Virus record (IMG/VR): IMGVR_UViG_3300033553_000338
Span: 32,001 to 96,000 of that record
Origin: a virus
DNA length: 64,000 nucleotides
Reading direction: 5' to 3' (one strand)
Shown here: one piece after another, positions 61,347 to 64,000 of the stretch
How positions within the stretch are numbered: position 1 is the stretch's first letter
Layout: the number at the start of each line of letters is the position of its first letter
Notes under the pieces: generated by a model
What the model was told of the DNA's origin: nothing
The model's input: only the letters and a program-made list of their open reading frames with translations
The model's database searches: none
Program-made: the position numbers and the translations under genes

Positions 61347-61377
61347 TTTGTATAATAGTTTTTAATGATTAAATTCG
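61347..61377 (+). promoter_or_regulatory. Bacteroidota-type promoter driving the RNA cluster
   Basis: TTTG (61347) - 19 nt - TAAATTCG (61370-61377), a near-consensus -33/-7 pair just upstream of the tmRNA acceptor piece. Confidence 0.55.
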
Positions 61378-61384
61378 TGTATTG

Positions 61385-61752
61385 TATGGCGTAAGCTATT
61401 CGATATAGTTCAATGCTACATTAAGTCGCATGTTTGGACCCGGGTTCGATTCCCGGCATCTCCACTCGTAGTCCAATTAAAAGAAGAAGTTGTCCGGGTA
61501 ATTCCCGGCTGATCTTAGGAGATTTTTGGGGTAGCCTAAGAAAGAATGACAAAAACATTTTCGGAAGTACTATAGGTACGTTATACCGGATTTGCCCATC
61601 CACGGGGATGACTGGTTTTGACAGGTGTGTAGAAGTGATGTAGGGAACACAAGCAGTTTTTTAAACGGCAAAACAATTCCATTATTTAGCAACGCGCAGG
61701 TCAGACTTGCAGCGTAGTTAACGGTTTCTCCTGGCTCCGTAATGCCGGGAAA
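61385..61752 (+). ncRNA. ssrA: circularly permuted (two-piece) tmRNA
   Basis: 3' acceptor piece (GGAC-CCGGG-TTCGATT-CCCGG-CATCTCC-A, ends 61464) lies upstream of the 5' piece GGGGATGACTGGTTTTGACAGG (starts 61604). 7-bp acceptor stem with G3:U70; tag ORF 61667-61717 GKTIPLFSNAQVRLAA*. Outer ends approximate. Confidence 0.88.
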
Positions 61753-61753
61753 T

Positions 61754-61893
61754 GGGAAAGTAGCTCAGTTGGTAGAGCTGGAGGCTGAACGCCTCTGGAG
61801 AGCCTCGGAAACACGGATGCGTGTTTTGTCAGTAAAGGCCAACGAATCGGGGGACATCCCGAAAGTGCGTAGGTTCGAGTCCTACCTATCCCA
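61754..61893 (+). ncRNA. oversized tRNA-like RNA (GAA loop) with 72-nt variable-region insert
   Basis: GGGAAAG/CTATCCC acceptor (one mismatch), GCTC-AGTTGGTA-GAGC D arm, GGAGG-CTGAACG-CCTCT arm, GTAGG-TTCGAGT-CCTAC T arm. Confidence 0.7.
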
Positions 61894-61912
61894 CAACTAA
61901 AATCAGCTATTA

Positions 61913-62100
61913 TGGTAGTTTACCCTTTAGTAGCGGATGTGCCGAATGTGACAATCTTTGCGAAATGCATTGAGATCCGGTGGTTCTATAAAATCGAAAA
62001 ACCACTGGGTAAATTAACCAAGAACACTTGCCTTAGGCCGAATTTGGGGTTCGGTAACTAAGCAAAGCACATTCGTAATCCCGGGATGGTTTATCCCGGG
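61913..62100 (+). ncRNA. unidentified structured RNA
   Basis: Several long complementary segments (see findings); no credible ORF. Confidence 0.45.
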
Positions 62101-62105
62101 TACAA

Positions 62106-62194
62106 GGAGAGTTGGGTAAGAGGCTTAAGCCACCGGTTTGCTAAACCGGCGTACAGATTAAACTGTACCGGGGGTTCGAATCCCTCACTCTCCG
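62106..62194 (+). tRNA. tRNA-Ser(GCT)
   Basis: GGAGAGT/ACTCTCC acceptor, G73, CCGGT-TTGCTAA-ACCGG anticodon arm, long variable arm, GGTTCGAATCC. Confidence 0.92.
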
Positions 62195-62205
62195 CTGAAA
62201 TGTAT

Positions 62206-62333
62206 AGGGATATGACGGAATTGGTAGACGCTAAAGATGGAGGTATGAAACAATCAAGCTGCATTGTGCATGATGTGTAGAGCATGTTAGTAATATCTGT
62301 GAAGTCGTGCAGGTTCGAATCCTGCTATCTCTT
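62206..62333 (+). ncRNA. tRNA-like RNA (Leu-type D arm) with ~55-nt insert in the anticodon arm
   Basis: AGGGATA/TATCTCT acceptor with G3:U70, GACGGAATTGGTAGACG D region, GCAGG-TTCGAAT-CCTGC T arm. Confidence 0.7.
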
Positions 62334-62345
62334 AAAATTAAACAT

Positions 62346-62519
62346 GTATGTCTGTCCCAGTTGGGGGAGCATCTGGAGCACAAGGAAAGGGAGTCATGCC
62401 CCGGAACTTGTGTTCATGTACAATACCTGGAGTTTTTGTAAAAGTGTACATATTACACAAACTCCAATCATTGTCTTATGGAAACAAAAGGATGTAGGGT
62501 TCGAATCCCTGGATATACT
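62346..62519 (+). ncRNA. oversized tRNA-like RNA with ~120-nt structured insert
   Basis: GTATGTC/GATATAC acceptor, TCCC-AGTT-GGGG D-like hairpin, TAGGG-TTCGAAT-CCCTG T arm. Confidence 0.6.
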
Positions 62520-62620
62520 CTGATACAAAAGACGGAAACAGGCATCGGTCCGGATTTGAATGGAGATACCATAGGCTTTCAGCGTAGGCTGATGATGCGG
62601 AAAACTAAGTCTTTTTATCT

Positions 62621-62687
62621 GGACCTCTATCACTTTAGAATGGTTGCCCTTGGCTCAAGGGTTCAGGTTCGATTCCTGAGAGGTCCG
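62621..62687 (+). ncRNA. undersized tRNA-like RNA lacking a variable loop
   Basis: GGACCTC/GAGGTCC acceptor, GCCCT-TGGCTCA-AGGGT arm running directly into TCAGG-TTCGATT-CCTGA. Confidence 0.55.
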
Positions 62688-62724
62688 CTTAGTTGGTTGG
62701 TTAGTTTTTTAGTGTTGGTTTTTT

Positions 62725-62798
62725 AGGTCTTTAGCTCAGTTGGAAGAGCGTTAGGTTCACCCCTAAAGGTCCCGGGTTCGAGTCCCGGAAGGCCCCCA
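62725..62798 (+). tRNA. atypical tRNA, 6-nt anticodon loop (TTCACC); isotype undetermined
   Basis: Canonical D (GCTC-AGTTGGAA-GAGC) and T (CCGGG-TTCGAGT-CCCGG) arms; TTAGG/CCTAA stem; A:C mismatch at pair 1. Confidence 0.6.
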
Positions 62799-62810
62799 AA
62801 TTTAGTAACA

Positions 62811-63026
62811 ATGTTCACAGATAAAGTAAAGACAATGACACTCTTATCAGTAATTGCAGTAATAGTTCTATACTTAACCGTCTTCTACAGTTTCATACTG
62901 CCTAAGATGATCTACAGTGAGTCTAATTTTATTGCATCAATGGGGAGTTTCCTATTCTTTACCAGTCTGATAGCACTCTTGATTTTAATTAACATTTTTA
63001 AATATTTTCTTTTTATTAATCCTTAA
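62811..63026 (+). CDS. small two-TM membrane protein
   Basis: Two hydrophobic segments. Confidence 0.45.
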   Translation: MFTDKVKTMTLLSVIAVIVLYLTVFYSFILPKMIYSESNFIASMGSFLFFTSLIALLILINIFKYFLFINP

Positions 63027-63038
63027 ATTTTATCAAAA

Positions 63039-63443
63039 ATGAAGAAGTACATTGTTGTTTTATTGCTAGTACTTAGCGCGTGTTTGATCCCGCAGATTGA
63101 CTGGGATCCTGGAGAAGGCTTGGATAAGCCTATTGTAGAAAATTGTATTGATTGCCCTGCCAGCATGGTTCAGGGGGTTACCGCGTATCAGATGATCCAC
63201 CAGGACATCAATCAGGTAGTGTATGCTCCTTTGGAGTATCAACCTTTGTCAGTGGAATCCACCGGTTTAAATCCAAAGCAAGCGACTCTACCAGAGAGTT
63301 TTCAGCGATTTCGACCCCAGAATAGTCTACAGGCGAAGTACCATCTATACAATACCATAAGCAAATTGAATCCCGAGTACATGGACCAGCATATTGATGC
63401 AACGGTCTTACGACACATTACAACTCAGGAATACCAGGTTTAG
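63039..63443 (+). CDS. secreted/lipoprotein-like hypothetical protein
   Basis: MKK + hydrophobic core + LSAC lipobox-like signal. Confidence 0.6.
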   Translation: MKKYIVVLLLVLSACLIPQIDWDPGEGLDKPIVENCIDCPASMVQGVTAYQMIHQDINQVVYAPLEYQPLSVESTGLNPKQATLPESFQRFRPQNSLQAKYHLYNTISKLNPEYMDQHIDATVLRHITTQEYQV

Positions 63444-63471
63444 CCTACAAAAGAAAGTACAATAAATAATA

Positions 63472-63503
63472 AAAATCAGGTAGGGTTTTCTCTACCTGAT
63501 TTT
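63472..63503. terminator. bidirectional terminator-like hairpin
   Basis: AAAATCAGGTAG...CTACCTGATTTT. Confidence 0.7.
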
Positions 63504-63508
63504 CACAA

Positions 63509-63671
63509 GGGGATTAAGCTGTTGGACCAGCCCGGGGAGAATGTACCTGGAGAGTGTTTGTGGAGCGTGAAGCATATCCGAGGATTTAAGATAGCCTAAG
63601 GTAACACATAACGGTGTGTGAAATACAGAATCCTAAAAGTAGCCACTGAGGTTCGAGTCCTCAAATCCCCA
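63509..63671 (+). ncRNA. oversized tRNA-like RNA with ~95-nt variable-region insert
   Basis: Perfect GGGGATT/AATCCCC acceptor, A73, GCTG-TTGGAC-CAGC D arm, TGAGG-TTCGAGT-CCTCA T arm. Confidence 0.65.
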
Positions 63672-63713
63672 CAATAATTCAGTATTTAAAATCAATCTAT
63701 TAAATAAATACTC

Positions 63714-64000
63714 ATGGAAAATCAAATTACTTTAGAATTCCCAGAAAGCACTCACTTCTTAGGCAGGAATGGAATCTCAAAATGTTCCGGCCTATGCCTA
63801 CAAAAGGCAGAGGCTGGAAAGTACCTGGCTATTTTTCCGATTAATTTAAAAAATCTCACGGGAAGCTCTCGTGTGGATATCCCTGAATCAAGTATCTCTG
63901 AATTGAAAGTTGCCTTACACAGGCTGTATCCTGAAATTTCAAATAAACCAGTCCTACCCATTAAGATCTCCCCAGAAAAACTTGAGGAGATGATCAAGCA
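63714..64000 (+). CDS. hypothetical protein, truncated by window end
   Basis: MENQITLEFPESTHF... open to the window edge. Confidence 0.55.
   Translation, partial: MENQITLEFPESTHFLGRNGISKCSGLCLQKAEAGKYLAIFPINLKNLTGSSRVDIPESSISELKVALHRLYPEISNKPVLPIKISPEKLEEMIK

Noticed and set aside
61488-61552. Hammerhead-like core in the tmRNA spacer (CTGAT...GAAA)
   Set aside because: Lacks G8-A9 and a stem III pairing.
62589-62615. Hammerhead ribozyme (CTGATGA...GAAA...GTC)
   Set aside because: No stem II, an extra A breaks the stem III register, and stem I would be mostly G:U pairs.
61421-62726. Short ORFs over the RNA island, including GGAGGT-ATG MKQSSCIVHDV inside the 62206 element
   Set aside because: They overlap tmRNA and tRNA structures, and the SD-like sequence has zero spacing to the ATG.
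61893-62810. Theta (HDV-like) ribozymes at tRNA 3' ends
   Set aside because: I could not build the nested double pseudoknot after any tRNA by eye; a descriptor search (RNArobo) would be needed to exclude them fully.
1-64000. Stop-codon reassignment as in some crAss-like phages
   Set aside because: Terminase, portal, MCP, muzzle and GroEL are full length in the standard code, and there is no clear suppressor tRNA.

Overview
This window is phage DNA, very probably a large crAss-like (Crassvirales-type) phage of a Bacteroidota host, read in the standard genetic code. From 1 to ~47.5 kb, the minus strand carries the virion and packaging module: ejection/cargo proteins, a giant muzzle (tail stabilisation) protein, IHF-like pair, ring proteins, major capsid protein, tail fibres, portal, tandem GroES, terminase, amidase and HTH proteins. 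A recurring TTCGTATMWTA motif precedes many of these genes. A plus-strand type Ib partition cassette (iteron array, ParA, small RHH-like partner) sits between portal and terminase. From ~47.9 kb the plus strand carries mostly hypothetical early-type genes and a PAPS-reductase-family gene, with GroEL on the minus strand. The most unusual region is the RNA island at 61.38-63.67 kb. It holds a circularly permuted (two-piece) tmRNA with tag GKTIPLFSNAQVRLAA, one canonical tRNA-Ser, and several non-canonical tRNA-like RNAs, four of which keep a tRNA frame around 55-120 nt structured inserts. All assignments come from manual motif reading and gene order; no database searches or folding programs were run.
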